A stretch of DNA of 52,668 nt, the filler included, from Sphacelaria rigidula (lineage: Eukaryota): NCBI GenBank assembly GCA_964200075.2. It is 2 parts of 2 records of this genome, joined end to end, with 100 filler letters (N's around TTAATTAATTAA, not from the genome) between each part and the next. Parts side by side here need not be neighbours in the genome. Positions count along the whole stretch, not along the records: positions 1 to 26,284 come from CAXNAA020000143.1; positions 26,385 to 52,668 come from CAXNAA020000144.1. One strand, 5' to 3'. Each line of letters begins with the position of its first letter. Within the stretch, counting starts at the first letter, position 1. The position numbers were made by a program, and so were the translations under genes. This document shows, piece by piece, positions 23,009 through 34,410 of this stretch. A model generated the notes under the pieces. That model searched no databases, was not told the DNA's origin, and worked only from the letters and a program-made list of their open reading frames with translations.

Positions 23009-24903
23009 CTGTCGCAAAAAGGGGGGTAAAATGAAATATATATATATATACCTGGGGTCGGGACTGTACTGTGGGCAAAAAACATGTGCCATTCATATAT
23101 TATTATCTTTCCTCTGTCCAGAAAGTGAAATTCAATCTCGAACCAACCATCTATCCTCAAACAACCTTGAATGAATGAGTTATTTTTTCAACGTATTACA
23201 ATCAATAAATAATTGGTTCATCAATATGTTGTCTTCTCTTTGTGCAAAATATTTCAGTAGTGCGCGATTTAACTATTTAGCGAGGTTTTGAGGTTTTCCT
23301 CGCGTTCTACTCTTCGATGGAACTCGGAATTGCGAGCGTCGAAAGATTTTGGTACGATGGACAGATCGTCCTCAAAACACAGTGCCCAAGTCAGTGCTAG
23401 TTGGTGTTGTGGGGCGAAACGAGTATACATTGGTGTTAATTCAGAACATGAGGGATGGTGTCAACACACACAGGGTGGCCGACATCGCCGTCCACTCGAT
23501 TTTGACGGCCACAAGACAAGCGGCACGGTATGCAAGCTTCCGAGTGTTGATATCGGAGCGCGCGCTCGGGAGGGGTGAACGAAAGAAGCAAATGCTCATC
23601 ATGATGTTCACAGGGACTAAAAAAAAGCTTCACAAACCATTCGACGGTCCAAGCGGGTAATCTTTCGAAGAGGTATGATTTTACTTGTACAATCCCTGCG
23701 AGACACAGGGGTGACACATCCCGGAGGACAAATTATTATTTCTACCCTGACTCACAGACGAGAAAAGGCGACTGTTCTGTAGGGCACGCTCGTTTTGTGG
23801 CCCTACATCTTCCTTCCTCTGATTTTTTTTCGAAGCATCGGCGAATGTCAGAACCATGAACACAGCTATCTAAAAACCCAGACAGGGTACGCGAAGTGAC
23901 ACGATGTTGGTCAAGATTCCAGCCCTGCACTTTGCTAGCGTTCGTAGAATACGCAACATCTCTACGCTCCTGCTCATAATGCCTTTTACCCCGAAAAACC
24001 TACGCGTCTCGTTTAAAAAGGGTCATCTTTGAGCGGAAACCTCGCCAAAGCGTTATATTTACTTGATTCTAGTGTGGAAGACCGGAAAAGAGAAACCCAT
24101 AACTCATGCAGATTATAAGTGCGCATAAAAACAAAAGCATTTACATTTCTGCACGTCACCGACCAGGATGACCGTGACGGAATCAAGTGGGGGTCGAAGT
24201 AAACGCAATGGTGGCTACTGTTCCAATACGTCATGGTGGACCTTGGGGAGAGAAACATGTCAACCTCCGACGCTCCGCAGTGTACGTTCATCGATCTGCC
24301 CAGTACACATCAACGCTGAATCCACACAACATCAAGTTCCCTCTATTCCAAGTCATCACTAGACCTGATGCAGCTATCGACACGTTAGCTCTTCAAAGGT
24401 TTTGAACCAATCGATTACTCCATCACGGCCTTTACAGCGAAGGGACGAAACGATCAGGGCACCCTATTTGGGGGAGATGTGGCAGTCTCGATTTGAGCAG
24501 AAAGGTGATGAACCGAACGTTGAACGTCCAGAGGATCGGAGTATTGAGGATTGATCTGGTTTTTTCAGGGGCAGCGAAAAACATTGTCTGATGGACTGAG
24601 GTCCGAACAAATGATCGACGGGAGAAAATTGGCTGTAGACGGGCTGTAATTAGACATGGGATAAGGAAGCTATTAACCCGCCATTACACAGTCCGGACGT
24701 GAACATGAAATACAGAAGCTAAACCTCTTTTTTCTTCAACCTATCATAACACAGGCCGAACATAGAAATGGAACGAAGAAGCTGACCCTCCTTTTCTTTT
24801 TATATCATCACGTTTGTACAAATACGGATTGGTTGCCAAAACAAATGGTGTAACGGGTCCGATTTCGACTGTTCCTCGATTGTATCATCATTCACCACTC
24901 CAC

Positions 24904-25227
24904 CTGGTGGTCGCCTATCATGTAGCTCTCCCCCTCCACGACGTCGAAGCAACCGTCTGCCACTGCCCCGCCGTCGAGGTAAGTGATGGTGAATTCACGC
25001 CAGCCGATATCCGCGGTCATATCCAAGTCAAAGGCGACTAGCCTTGTGGTGTTACCGACGCTCAACTGGCCGGTCGTATCGCAGGAGTCGATAGTCCACT
25101 TGAAAAAATTTCTCGACATTGACGTGAATATGAAGGCTGTGCCAAGGCTGATTGCCACCACGAAAAGAAGTATGGAGCAGTTGAAGAAGATTCCTGAGAT
25201 GCCGTTTCCTCTCGGTGTTCGTCCCAT
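24904..25227 (-). CDS. Claudin-like four-TM gene, first coding exon (TM1 and first extracellular loop)
   Basis: Reads MGRTPRGNGISGIFFNCSILLFVVAISLGTAFIFTSMSRNFFKWTIDSCD...ADIGWREFTITYLDGGAVADGCFDVVEGESYMIGDHQ. The donor is either GTGGAG at 24903 or GTGAAT at 24895; the latter would need an extra small exon, which I could not resolve. Confidence 0.7.
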
Positions 25228-25503
25228 GGTTTCCGCTGATTGTACGGCCGGTCCCTCCCTGATGTTGTAACGGTCGCTTCTTTACTTAGCTCGATTTTTC
25301 TTCGCAACACACGTCTGTTTTTTCGGCTATTGAATCATGAAAGTGAACCGAGTCATCGTGAAAAGTACATGAGATTGCAAGTCGAATTCAGAACATCAAC
25401 GGGGCGAGGGGGGGGGGGGTACACTGAACAAAAAGGGAATTCCATTTGTTTCCTTTGCAGTCCAAGGGGGTATTGTGGGCCTATACGTACATAGCGCACG
25501 GTT

Positions 25504-25860
25504 GCCCCGGTGTATCAGTTGGTAACCTCGAGACCTTCTGACGGTTTGGTCGTGGGTTTGAATCTCGGTGCCGTCACACGATCTGGGATTTTTTCTCACA
25601 CAACGCTCAACAGTGGAGAGCGGCCACGTCGTGGGTGCACAAAATTCAACTCCACGATCGACGCGGGGAAGGAAGTGCTGAACCCCTCTCGCAGAAAAAA
25701 ATAAGGCGAGAACCGCAGGAGGAAGGTGGAGTACTTAAAACAAACAAAAAAGAAAAAAACTCCCGTGTGACCCCGGCTGGGGCGCCCACATGTACCGAAA
25801 CGTCTAGACCGGCGTCCAGAATAAATGGGATGACAACACTTACACACACACACACACACG
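25504..25860 (+). mobile_element. tRNA-derived SINE (family A), full length
   Basis: Head GCCCCGGTGTATCAGTTGGTAACCTCGAGACCTTCTGACGGTTTGGTCGTGGGTTTGAATC, shared body (GATCTGGGATTTTTTCTCACACAA...GCTGAACCCCTCTCG...), tail GGGATGACAACAC(AC)n. Confidence 0.8.
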
Positions 25861-26135
25861 TACTGACGCTGTGGTGATGATCAGCATTTTGATTGGTTTT
25901 CACCATATGGTTCGGTGTTGCATTTGTGTGGTCGCAGACTCAATATTCTGGGGAACAGTGCTGCCCAAATAATGGCTTTACGATTGCTTTATACCGGTTA
26001 TATCATTAACCCAACGGCCTTGATATCTGTCCGACAAAAACGCCTATTCGTTTTGTAGGGGCTGTCATGTCGTCATCCAGTTGCACTGCTTCAAGGTTGT
26101 CAGAGCGAGGATCAGAGCATGATTTTTGGGCGCTA

Positions 26136-26284
26136 CGAGCTGGGCCAGCCTAGAGGCGGATTAGAAGTTTGCAGGCCCATGCTCTTTTATACATTTAGAG
26201 TTGGGCCCTGAAATTTGGTATGGACAGTGCATAGGGCATAAGAAAAAAAATTACTGAAGTATCAAAATAGTTTTTTTTTTTTCA
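26136..26284 (+). mobile_element. Left end of Tc1/mariner-like non-autonomous element, truncated by the gap
   Basis: TA followed by CGAGCTGGGCCAGCCTAGAGGCGGATT, identical to the left TIR at 50273, then a similar internal sequence (GAGTTGG.CCCTGAAATTTGGTA). Confidence 0.75.
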
Positions 26285-26384
26285 NNNNNNNNNNNNNNNN
26301 NNNNNNNNNNNNNNNNNNNNNNNNNNNNTTAATTAATTAANNNNNNNNNNNNNNNNNNNNNNNNNNNNNNNNNNNNNNNNNNNN
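26285..26384. other. Artificial scaffold gap: 44 N + TTAATTAATTAA + 44 N
   Basis: Exactly 100 bp with a central palindromic 12-mer (26329-26340) that has stop codons in all six frames. This is a contig-joining spacer, not genomic sequence. Confidence 0.92.
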
Positions 26385-26542
26385 CTTATTATACTAGAAC
26401 CAAGTAATTTCCTGACGAATCATTATTTGTCCTAACCGTGAAAAGTATTGAGTTCATCCCTCGATTGTTGCAACATCAGCTGCTAAACGTTGTCTACATG
26501 CACACGAAACGTCGTCCTATGCCCATGTTTCTTCTCGAACAG

Positions 26543-26656
26543 GACCACAAGGGTGGTGGGATCGTGCACTTCAGGACCCGCGATGATATGGAGTATGCCC
26601 TCCGCAAGCTGGACGGCTCCGACTTCCGCAACCCCTTCGAGAAAAGCCGCATCAGC
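26543..26656 (+). CDS. Serine/arginine-rich splicing factor (SRSF1/SR34-like), exon encoding the end of RRM2
   Basis: Acceptor gaacag, donor GTGAGT. 114 nt. Reads DHKGGGIVHFRTRDDMEYALRKLDGSDFRNPFEKSRIS, matching the DM.YA.RKLD..FRNPF motif of the ASF/SF2-type second RRM. Confidence 0.9.
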
Positions 26657-27171
26657 GTGAGTCGACGATTGTTGCATCTAGTGTGTGGTGTACCGTTCTA
26701 TGGTCACTTCTCGTCGGGAAACGGGTTTTTGGATAAACACCCTTTTTGAACATTTCATGACAGATTTTTGGCGGAATACAGACCTTGGCGGATTGGGCCT
26801 CCTCCGAAAGATATGCTGGACGTTCCAAGAGGTTCTAGCGCATTCTTCACGATCTTTCGTGCGCCCAGTTCTACTGGAACCGGATTCCCGGTTCTTCAGC
26901 AGCCCCCAAAGTCTTGGCTTCTCCGAGCATAGTACTAAAGACTGCGCCGCATGACGCTCGCCTCAAGGCTTTATCGATGCAAACAAAAGTTTGAGCTTAC
27001 GAACTCGAACAAGTCGGCGTAGTCCGCCACCATCGTGTTACTACCGCCGCTCTTTCAGATTTTTCTCCCTGAACCCGTTTGGCCGAGATACCTCCATCTT
27101 CACACACGACTTCATTACTGTATATCCGTAAGTGTTCAACTCCCTCATTTGCCGCCTCTCCACAACAACAG

Positions 27172-27320
27172 GTGCTCCCCCACCGCGGCGTAGGTGGCCG
27201 AGACTCTCGCAGCCGCTCTCGTTCACCCGTCAGGCGCAGGAGGGCGCGCACGCCTTCCAGCTCGCGCTCTAGGTCAAGGAGTGCCCACCGCCCTCGTCGT
27301 AGGGCCCGCTCCATGTCGAG
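27172..27320 (+). CDS. SR splicing factor, RS-domain exon 1
   Basis: Acceptor caacag, donor GTAAGA. Phase 0 to 2. Reads VLPHRGVGGRDSRSRSRSPVRRRRARTPSSSRSRSRSAHRPRRRARSMS(R). Confidence 0.88.
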
Positions 27321-27596
27321 GTAAGAAGATAAGTCGTTGTACATGAGGAGCACCTTGCCTCATTCTGCTCCTGCTTATTGGCATCTGAAACTTGCGCCTA
27401 TTCTGTCAGGAAGCAAATGTTGGTGTGCTAGTTATAGCGCGCCCGCCATGCAGGTCGCGGCAATGACGCCAGCTGTCAGTATTGGCAATGCTCGGTAATT
27501 ACAACCCGAGAGCAAACGTTGCATCACGAAAATGCACAAACGCTCATGTCCCCCTCTCCGCTCACCTCCCCCCCCCCTCTTCCCCATGATGCGCAG

Positions 27597-27723
27597 GAGC
27601 CCCAGCAGGTCTCGCAGCCCGCCGCCTCGCAGGAGGAGGTCTCGGTCCGCCTCTCCTTCCCGCTCAAGGTCTAGGTCGAGGGGAAGGGACAGGGACAGGT
27701 ACAACAGGGACGACGACCATGAG
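27597..27723 (+). CDS. SR splicing factor, RS-domain exon 2
   Basis: C-rich tract then gcgcag acceptor, donor GTGCGT. Phase 2 to 0. Reads SPSRSRSPPPRRRRSRSASPSRSRSRSRGRDRDRYNRDDDHE. Confidence 0.88.
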
Positions 27724-27939
27724 GTGCGTTTTGTTGCGGGCCTCGTCACTCGCGTTTGCGTACATCATATCCTCAGATCCACTCTTCAGCTGAGCAAAGC
27801 AGATGCCTTTGTGCGGTGCGCTTGTCACTGGCTTCGTCGGGAGGTGGCTGCTGGTATTCGTGACTCTCAACACCTCGAAACTGAAACCTGGTGCACTGTC
27901 ATCACTTATCCTTGGGTTGCTTTCTAACGCATATCACAG

Positions 27940-28149
27940 AGGAAGGATCGCCGTAGTCGCAGCCGGAGCCGGAGCCGGAGCCGCTCGCCTGCTGAAGCAA
28001 ATGGAGCCTCGAACGGGAGAGGTGCACATGAAAACGGCCATGATGATGATCGTGATGTGTCCAAGGATCGCTCGGATCGTATGGATGCGGACAGGGATGA
28101 TTACGACCACGGCCGGGAACACTCGGAGGGCGTTTCTGCGGATGCGTGA
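27940..28149 (+). CDS. SR splicing factor, terminal exon
   Basis: Branch-like ctaac and tcacag acceptor. Reads RKDRRSRSRSRSRSRSPAEANGASNGRGAHENGHDDDRDVSKDRSDRMDADRDDYDHGREHSEGVSADA-stop, phase 0. Confidence 0.85.
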   Translation, partial: RKDRRSRSRSRSRSRSPAEANGASNGRGAHENGHDDDRDVSKDRSDRMDADRDDYDHGREHSEGVSADA

Positions 28150-30199
28150 GCGTGAATTGTCTTGCTCTTGACTTCAGCTGCGTTGAAGGGCACATGTCGT
28201 GAGGTCGCCGCCCCAAAGATGTGGAGGAGAGCCACGTCCAGACAACTCCTCCACTGTGTGCGTCCTGACACATGTGTCCTCCCCCTCCCCAGCACGGGTC
28301 AGCCACGGTGACGATCGGGCGCGCGTGTTGCTGCTTTCGGGGGAAACCATCAACAACCACTGAGGCGGTCCTTGGGAACGGGGAAAAGAAGAGGGATGGA
28401 ATTCGTTTGCAGATGGTTCGTAACCTCGACGTGCTGCGTAGAAGTTGAATTGTAGAAATACTCGCTGTAGACCTTTTTCCCTTTTGAAGAATGTTTTGGA
28501 CTGGGATAGAGAGAGAGAAATCGTCGAAGCGAGTAGATGCTTCGCCGTCAGTTGTGTTGTTGATCAACAGTCTGAAGGACACGGCATGAAACAAGGCTCA
28601 TCACGAGAGGTTTTCGTGGGAACGTCAGTTGTAGCAAGTGTAAGGTGCGTTCATGCAGATGAGCCGAAACCCCGGCTGCTGAGAAATTATCATTTGGGGT
28701 ACTGTACTTGTCTTAGTCAAACATTTTATCTCAGTTCCGCGCAATGACAGGCGGCGTCGGGTAGTGGCGTGCAGCGGCTGCTGGGTACGCCGGCCGTGGC
28801 TTGGACTTTGGCCAACCGCCCGTAAAGTGAAGGGAGGGAAAGCAGAGACAGGGATTGGATCAAACGATGTTATCCGGAGCCGGGCGATGTAGCGGAGCGA
28901 AAGCCCCTGACGCAACGCAGTAGCAGGGTGGGCTGGATGGGAGCTAAGCTAAGCTAGGGGGATGTGGCGGTGACCGCTGGCGTGGAAGGGCTCTCTGTGG
29001 ATTGTTGACCCAAGCGAGCTGAAGCGCTAAGTTCGGGAGCTTTGAAACTGTCGTGTTGTCCATTTTGTATGCTTTTTTTATTTGCGTGTTGTGTGCGTTT
29101 CATATTTCGTCTTGTCATTCATTTCTAATCACCGTCTTCAAGTGAGAAGCGTGCTGGACGTGAAGCATTTTATCATGGGGAGAAAAAAAGGACCATCAAG
29201 TCGGGTTCAGCTGGCGGGACAGCAGCCATTTGGGATTTTGGAGCAAAAGCGAAGCGGCCGGCCGAGAGCGCGAGAGTTGCAAGCCCCGTGGCTGGACCCG
29301 GACTGTTGCGCTCTTGTCGGCCCGTAATGTAATGTTTTTGTGCTTTTCTTGTTGCCAGGTTTGCGAAAAATAATGGGTTGGGCAAAGGAGAAGGGAAGGA
29401 TAATGGGAGCGGCGATATGCTGCGAAGTTTGCGGAGTCTGGTGAGCTCGAAGCGCGGATTGTGTGTGTGAGCAAAGCGATGGGTGGCTCGAGAGCGCAGC
29501 GATTGTCGAATGCGTGTGGTGCAGTGTCCTTGGGAGCGGGAGCCGCTTGCTCGGAGGAAGCATGGCGCAAAAGGCAAAGCAAGTTGCGTTTTTGTCTGTG
29601 TACCTCGCATATCGTGATCACCAGATTCTCCATGCTTGCTGACCTTTTTCGTAGTTTTACCCTATTTCTTGCTTCCTGCCCATATTTGCACCCTTGGTAT
29701 CACGTAAACAGCGCGATCCTTCATCTTGCCCGCTGTTATCCTTATTGGCGTGCGCGCGTGAAATTTGCGCATTTGAGCACATAATCTTTGCTGGCAAGGT
29801 GCCTGCATGCCGAAGCACGTGCACGACCAAAAGTAAACATGCCAGATTGTCATTGTCGGTTTCCCGTCTCACTTCCCGTCCGTCTTGTATATATGTTTAA
29901 ACTCCGAAGGTGCCCCTTCATGTATTGTCATGCCCCCCCTGCAAGAATCGCGCTAGCGCTCGGTTTCTAATACTGTGCCTCAGGCTTCGTGCTAGGTCTC
30001 CAATCTACGTGTAGCCGCGATGCGGGCGACGGATCCGACTTGTTGCTTGGCAGCAGAGACCTCGGCGTTAGCTTGGGGCCGCAGCACATTTTAATACCGA
30101 ATGGGGAGCAGCCCTACTTGACTGACAACATTTTAAGAGCGTGGAGAGGGGCGCGGTGACTGGACGAAATGGCATGGTGGAAGCCTATGAGAAGCATGT

Positions 30200-31500
30200 A
30201 CATATACGAATAGAAGAACGGGAAGGGCACGGGTACATAGTCTAGATGCCGCCGGACGTTTTAAGCACCAGAAATGGGAGGGGGGCTTCAGGAAATAGCA
30301 CATGGCGTCCGCATCTCAACCATACAGAGGAGCACTATTCAGGAGCTTTTAGGTCACCGACACTGGTGCTGTAGAACATTACATATCCCTGGATATGCAC
30401 CACCTGTACGCGAAAATATCGGTGCTCGTTACCAGCCTGCAAAACTGACAACCGCCAACTGCCAGTTGAAGGAGCCCATCACGATAAGGCCGGTGTGGGT
30501 CGGATTAACCACCTACAACTTCTGTTGATGCAAACGACCAACGGACTGGATGTGCACACCCCAAGGTACCGTGACACAATCAACATGCCGTGCAAAAATG
30601 CTGCATAGCAATCCGGTGTTATCACTGTTGATGTCCAGATAGGAAGTGTGCAGATCTCTCCATGCATCCGTAGCTCTGTTGAGCTTTCTACCCGCAGTTG
30701 CAAATTGCACACGTGGTCAATCGGCTTCACTACCGTATACACTCTCGACACTTTTTGCACTCCCGAGTATCTCTTCTCTTATATACTCTGGAGGTTCAGG
30801 TTCCATTCTTGTGAACACTCCAGAGGGATGGGAATAGTCACACTCCGAAATTTCAGCATGTGCTCTAGGAGAAAATGAATCCTTGGACATGCATACACAG
30901 CTCTGGGTGATCACGAGAGAGGACGTGTTCCCCTGGAGGTCAGGGAGTCCACCAGAAGATGGCGTAAGCACTGTTTTAAGTACCCTTTAGCGAGTAACGT
31001 CTGCCAAAGCACAAGATCACAAGATATAGGAGGAGGATTGAAAAGACATGACGCTAAGAGCCGACTGACCATGTGACAATCAATGACTGAGCGCGATTCG
31101 ATGGGTATTGGTTTCGATGTCTGGGTATGTGATCTACTCAGGATTTGCCAAGAGGTCGGGATACCTTGTTTGCTTGAGGATGGAACATGAAATGTTCGAA
31201 AAAGGCCGTATTTTCCCGGGGAACACAACACGTCCTCGTACTCTACCGGCGTTTGACCTACCGATTGGATTGGGGGATTGAGCTCCATCGCGAAGGACGG
31301 GAGAAGGGGGTACACACTGACTTGGTGCATACTGGTAAATTCCGGAGCAGTAGCGACCACTTGCGTATGAACGTCTAGAGCGTTTTGGAGTTTTTCGTCT
31401 GTACAACGAGAACAAAGTCCTCAACGACCATGCCTCTGATGGAGGCGAAGGGAAGTAGTCGAGCTACCATGGGCCCCCGAGGGTGGTACCATCACACCAA
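30200..31500. mobile_element. Possible highly decayed retroelement coding remnant
   Basis: Broken minus-strand frames (e.g. TAGRKLNRATDAWRDLH...DCVTVPWG...GLIVMG) weakly recall a LINE RT C-terminus. No diagnostic motif is intact, and class and boundaries are uncertain. Confidence 0.25.
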
Positions 31501-31534
31501 CTTTGAACAGTTTACCATGCGGCAAGTAGCAACG

Positions 31535-31719
31535 ACTGCTGCCGAGATAGCCCCCCCCCCCGAACCGGCCAGCAAAGTGCACGGAGGCGATGATCATGAA
31601 TGGCGTTGAAGCTGGTTTCGTGTTTCACGACGCGACTCATTTGGGCGTAAAAGGATCACGGCGGGTTTTTTGGACGGCTTCGGTGCACATTTTTGTGGGG
31701 GGGGCTATCTCTGCATTAG
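31535..31719. mobile_element. Second, internally shorter copy of the 832-1078 MITE
   Basis: ACTGCTGCCGAGATAGCCCC...AAAGTGCACGGAGGCGATGA...CACGACGCGACTCATTTGGG...GGGGCTATCTCTGCATTAG. Confidence 0.8.
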
Positions 31720-32839
31720 ACCCACACACCTGACGGGAAGAGGTATGACGTCACCGAGCCCGCAAGCTATATTGTTGATGTATCTGTGCAGGAAAATACG
31801 GCCCCTGGAACCACAATCATTTCCACGCTATCTCTTGCTACGAATAAAGAAGAACGGCAATACTCCAAGTTTCTGTTGAAGTACCAATTACACCCTTCTT
31901 CTATTTGCCACCTGTACCCTCTCACCAGCTAACAGTGATTTGCGAAAGTATCCGGGCCTGGTGGTGGGTAACCCCGGGCGCTGAACACTATGGAACACTT
32001 TTGTCGTCACTACGCAGAACCTTCCCGGGTATACGACGATCGAAACTAGGAATAGTTACAGCTTCCTCTCGTCTGAGGCCGTTGCTTCTGTCTTCTTCTC
32101 TTCCTTCCTTTCTCTTTCATTCTATTGTTTTTTCTTGTTTTTTGCTGCTCCCGATCACGCGCTGGATTGTTGCAATCAGCTAATGTGAGATGATCATTCA
32201 ATCAATCACCGCGGTTTGGAAGTTGCGAAAAAACGAAACCACTACCATCTACAGCTGCGTAAAAATTAGGGAATACGGGGATATCCCCGGTGTAGGTGTG
32301 CGCCGTTGTGTAGAGATCTTGGTACAATTACGGTCGAGGTATCCTTGAAAATGGTGCTACAACAAACTTTTCGTGTGGCACGCCTGCGCACGTTCTATCC
32401 AGGTGACGCAGTCGACGCCAGTTATTATGTCGTCATGATACCTCCGTTCCCCGTCCGCCGACGAAGGTCAAGACCGATCTTGTCGGTAAGGCATGTGGAG
32501 GGTCTATTCGGCGGGTGAAGGGCCGGAATTACCGTCAAGGAGTGATTCCTTCTCACCACCACCCTTGGCCAAGGCCGTCGTGTGGTACTAGAGTTGGGTC
32601 AGCGCGGTGCTCACCAGGCACACCCACCCCTGTTCTAATGCAGCAGTATAGTACGTCAACACCCTGAGTCCGGGCATATCCTGGGCTACAAGCAGTTTAA
32701 TGTGTCTACACCCTGAGTGTGGGCATGTTGAGACCCGGTGTGTGCGCGGAGGCTGTTGACACCGCTGTCGACAGCTGGCACATACACTTTTGATACAAGG
32801 GAGCGTGTGCCGGTGTGTAGACTGGNNNNNNNNNNTGGT

Positions 32840-33700
32840 TTCGGCGACAAGGATGGAGGAGGAGCGTTCGTCGACGGACGGGTTAGGTCTGGTTGAGCCT
32901 CCTGGACGAGAAACTTCCCACAGACCTGAATCAGAGCGCATCATGAAGGAGGAAGTGTTTCATCGCGAAAAAAAGCAGAGGGGGCAGGCACTATGTGGGG
33001 ATCATGGATACCGGAGAGGGTGGGCGGTTGGGTTGGCCATGGACGCTGGAGAGGACAGCTCAGAGCGTCAGGAGGCAACTTCGAAGAGGACCTTGTAGCG
33101 GAGAAGAGCAGAGCAGGCGGCTAATTTTTGTTGAGGGCGGAATATTTTTGTCTGTTGGGTTTCTGGTACAGACAGTTGTTTGTTGTGGATGCTACGTGCA
33201 GATGGCATATCCCATGTTTTCATGGTTGATTATAGCACACTGTGGACAGATTCTGTTATTGCTGATAGCGGTATGCCGTGTGTAGGGTAGATATGCCCTG
33301 TCTGTTGTGCTTCCATGACGACGATACTTGAGCAGAACCTGGGAGAGGTCATAGTTCCTCCCTTTCCCTCCTCGTTACCGTCAGGTTGTCCTTTTTTGTT
33401 CTTGTCTTTTTTGGATCTTCCCGTCCAGCGATTTTCAGTCTCCGGCGCGCAGACTCTGTAGAACATCTCTTTGAACAGCACTCCAGACGGTAGATCTGTT
33501 TTGGGATTGGTCTCTATTCTACGTATGCGACAGTTTCAATTATCGGATCACTCGCTGTTACTACTTTGTGTATACACCAGTACGGGGCAAAGTAGTCGGA
33601 GAGGTCACACGCGGGGACCGATTCCAGTACAAGCAGATCTTCTGTAGTTCAATCGGTGCCCTTTTCTTCGTGTAGATGTTTTTGTTTCTTGGTGTTTGGG
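32840..33700 (-). mobile_element. Possible decayed LTR-retrotransposon gag remnant
   Basis: Minus strand has a basic linker KKDKNKKGQPDGNEEGKGG followed, after a frameshift, by DLSQVLLKYRRHG...GH, which resembles an eroded CCHC zinc knuckle context. Many stops. Confidence 0.25.
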
Positions 33701-33984
33701 TTATGGATATATTGGTGATATACTCGCACTCTGTGACCACAAGTTTATAATAATCTGTTCCGATCTATTATGCATTACATGTTTTTTTTCATTCAGCGGC
33801 CTTCACACCGATATCCCCTAGTAGGGCCGATACGGTAAAGTTGACAAGGCTATGGTTAACATGGACATGTGGGATTTACTGCTGGCCCAGCTCGTGTAAC
33901 GTGCGAGAAAACCTGATGACGCGCGACTATACATGAAATGGGCCGATTGCTCCTAGACAAGAGGGTAAGAACATACATAAAACA

Positions 33985-34180
33985 ACGTTTTCGTCAGATT
34001 GAGAGTAGCGCGCTGATAGAGAATGGTTAGCTTCAACTTAGCCAATTTTTCATCCCATTTGTACCGCTCCTTCCCTTGCGTCCTACTCAGGGATACTAAG
34101 GGCCTCAGTGGCAGGCTACTACAGTAAGCACATTGGGCCTCGTGGAGGGGCACTTCGGAACAGAAATGATTATTTCACTT
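33985..34180. repeat. Dispersed repeat related to 42485-42650, 43090-43325 (inverted) and 47400-47560
   Basis: Shared blocks TTTCGT.AGATTGAGAGTAG.GCG.TGAT and TCCTACTCAGGGATA..AAGGG; CCTCGTGGAGGGGCA.TTCGGAAC is shared with the inverted 43.1 kb copy. Confidence 0.65.
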
Positions 34181-34410
34181 ATTGACTGCTTTTCACCCTC
34201 ACTCGTATCCTCTACTCTCAACTTCACGAAAACATTGTTATAGCCATGACTTCTATCAACAGCAAGAGGGGAAAGTTAGTGTATCCGTCCACAAAGTTTC
34301 ATTTTTACACAAAAGAAAGGCTGGTCAGCCTCGTGGGTTTTCTTTACAACAATCGATCTTCAATATATACCGATTCGGGAAACATGATTTAAAATGGATT
34401 AAAAATGCGG

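Noticed and set aside
27902..28594. 230-aa minus-strand ORF
   Set aside because: Antisense to the SR gene last exon and 3' UTR; no recognisable motif.
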